The position numbers were made by a program, and so were the translations under genes. A stretch of DNA of 60,585 bases, from the NCBI RefSeq assembly GCF_004010195.1, contig NC_057740.1:10341709-10402293 (forward strand), given 5' to 3'. Positions 58,824 to 60,585 of the stretch are shown here, in pieces; positions within the stretch are counted from its first letter, which is position 1; each line of letters starts with the position of its first letter. The stretch comes from Chiloscyllium plagiosum. Lineage: Eukaryota. Below the pieces are notes generated by a model, which worked only from the letters and a program-made list of their open reading frames with translations, ran no database searches and was not told where the DNA came from.

Positions 58824-60176
58824 TAAGTCTTCTTAGGCAAACTAAAGGTGCTGAAGTCAGATAAATCCACTGGCCCTTTGGTATACATTCGAGGATCAAT
58901 TGTGGCTTTATTGGTTATACTTTTCCAAACGTCCTTGGATTTTGGAGAAATACCAGAGGATTGGAAAACTGCCAATCTTGCTCAAAAAGAGAGGGAAGCA
59001 AAAAGTATAGGCCGATTATCCTCACATAGAAAAGTATTGATATCAATTATTAAGGGAGTGATGGCAGCATATTTGGAAAATCATAATTTACTTAAGCACA
59101 ATCAGCATGGCTTCATGAGAGGGAAATTATGCCTGATTAATTATTAGAACTTTTGAAGGATATTTCAACTAGAGTGGATAGAGGGGAACCAGTCGATGTG
59201 TTGTATTCAGACTTTCAGAAGGTGTTTGACAAGGTACCTCACAAAAGGTTAAGTCATAAGAGCCAAAGTGATGGAGGAAACATATATGGGCAGGAAACGG
59301 CGAGTAAGGAAAAGGAGTTCACTTTTAAGGTTGGTGATTTGTAAATGCTGGGGTTCCACAAGAATCAGTGCGAGGACGGGGAATGAAGTAAAGCCAAATC
59401 TGCAGACCATAAAAACATAAATGGAAAGGCAGGTTGACAGTAAAACATTTGGCACATTCTGAAGTTGTCAATTTCACTAATAAGTGCAAAAAATATTTTC
59501 TTTTTTCTAAAATCTATCTCTAAGGTCACGACCTCTGGGATCGGAAGAAAACAACTCCAAACAGATTTCACCTCCCTGATCACTATCCAGCCTCCACTGG
59601 TGAGACAGATGCTCATGTGGAGATGACTTGACATTACAATGCCTACTGCAGTCAAATAGCCCACTGTAGCTTGCCGTCTGGACTGGCACATTTGGGATAG
59701 GGCTTTGTCTGTTGGCACCAGGACTGTAGTCAAGGAGGACCAAATCTGTTGGAGGCTGACGGAGAAAGTGGAGGTAAAACATGAGAACATATTTCTGCAT
59801 TTGTGATTCTACAAATGAATACATGGTTCAGAACTAGGAGTAACTGGTCTCTGTGTATTTAAAATGATGGCGTTCCTTCTTCCAAAGTATGGAAATTATA
59901 CAATATATTCTGAGGTCATTCCATTAAATAAACTGGCATCAAATGGTTCAATATTGAACTATATTGAATAGAGGCTTAATGGATTTGTCAGGTGGAGAAT
60001 ATAGTTGAAAAATAAATGGAAAGGCAAATCGTGAGATGGATTTTACAGAGTTTACAGGCAGGTTCAGACTGGATCAGTAGGTGGATGATCAACTGAAATA
60101 TACAAGGTAATGTGGGAAAATGGGATGTTATAAAAATTGGTGTTGGAGACCGGAACTAGAAAACCGGGTCTTGGTC

Positions 60177-60315
60177 TTCCCGCCGGAGCTCGGACAGAGC
60201 GGCTTCCGGTTTCCCCGCCGGAGCTTAGACAGAGCGGTTTCCGGTTTCCAAGCCGGAGCTTGGACAGAGCGGCTTCCGGTTTCCCCGCCGGAGCTCAGAG
60301 AGAGCGGCTTCCGGT
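60177..60315. repeat. 35-bp GC/CpG-rich tandem repeat (~4 copies) with ETS-type CCGGAA motifs
   Basis: gccggagct at 60182, 60217, 60252 and 60287; cttccggt (ACCGGAAG on -) at 60203, 60273 and 60308. Confidence 0.9.
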
Positions 60316-60335
60316 CGCCGATGAGTGACCGATGT

Positions 60336-60421
60336 GTTAGCCAATGGGAGCGGGAAAGGGCCGTAACGTGAACCAATAGGGGCGGAGGAAGGACGGGGCT
60401 TAGTTCAACAGCTTCTGAAAG
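60336..60421 (+). promoter_or_regulatory. TATA-less promoter: two CCAAT boxes and a GC box upstream of the YJU2 start
   Basis: CCAAT at 60341 and 60373 (32 nt apart), GGGGCGGAG at 60379; repeated 124 nt downstream. Confidence 0.75.
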
Positions 60422-60445
60422 ATGTCGGAGAGAAAAGTATTGAAT
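60422..60445 (+). CDS. YJU2: First coding exon of splicing factor YJU2/CCDC94 (copy 1)
   Basis: ATG TCG GAG AGA AAA GTA TTG AAT = MSERKVLN, the conserved YJU2/Cwc16 N-terminus, then donor gtgagt; housekeeping-type promoter context. Confidence 0.75.
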
Positions 60446-60545
60446 GTGAGTGAGAGGGGGTTAGCCAATGGGAGCGGGAAAGGGCCGTAACGTGAACCAA
60501 TAGGGGCGGAGGAAGGACGGGGCTTAGTTCAACAGCTTCTGAAAG

Positions 60546-60569
60546 ATGTCGGAGAGAAAAGTATTGAAT
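60546..60569 (+). CDS. YJU2: First coding exon of YJU2/CCDC94 (copy 2, tandem duplicate); gene presumably continues beyond the window
   Basis: Identical MSERKVLN|gtgagt, 124 nt after copy 1. Confidence 0.75.
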
Positions 60570-60585
60570 GTGAGTGAGAGGGGGT

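Noticed and set aside
60177-60315. Regularly spaced 35-bp repeats resembling a CRISPR array
   Set aside because: Head-to-tail tandem units with no unique spacers, in a eukaryotic promoter, with no cas genes.

Overview
Eukaryotic, repeat-rich vertebrate DNA. The HE1-type SINEs and HER1/CR1-type LINEs point to an elasmobranch (shark); this is an inference. Manual spliced reconstruction gives two intact, convergent (tail-to-tail) papain-family C1A cathepsin L-like genes. Gene A is on + (CDS 5256-11508, 266-294 aa). It has a vestigial I29 prodomain, has lost both cysteines of one conserved disulfide, and has an unusual His/Arg-lined S2 pocket. Gene B is on - (CDS 34542-17321, 344 aa). It has a full ERFNIN/GNFD prodomain, an acidic linker, a basic mature domain and a CLSCY active-site motif. 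The window ends in the GC-rich promoter and first coding exon (MSERKVLN) of YJU2/CCDC94, present as a 124-bp tandem duplicate. The rest is nested CR1 LINEs, tRNA-derived SINEs, solo LTRs, a Tx1-like fragment, a Penelope GIY-YIG fragment and an 893-nt assembly gap. Several short Penelope-related families carry minimal hammerhead ribozyme motifs with covarying stems, often as inverted pairs. Exon coordinates were read base by base; TE boundaries are approximate and no database searches were run.
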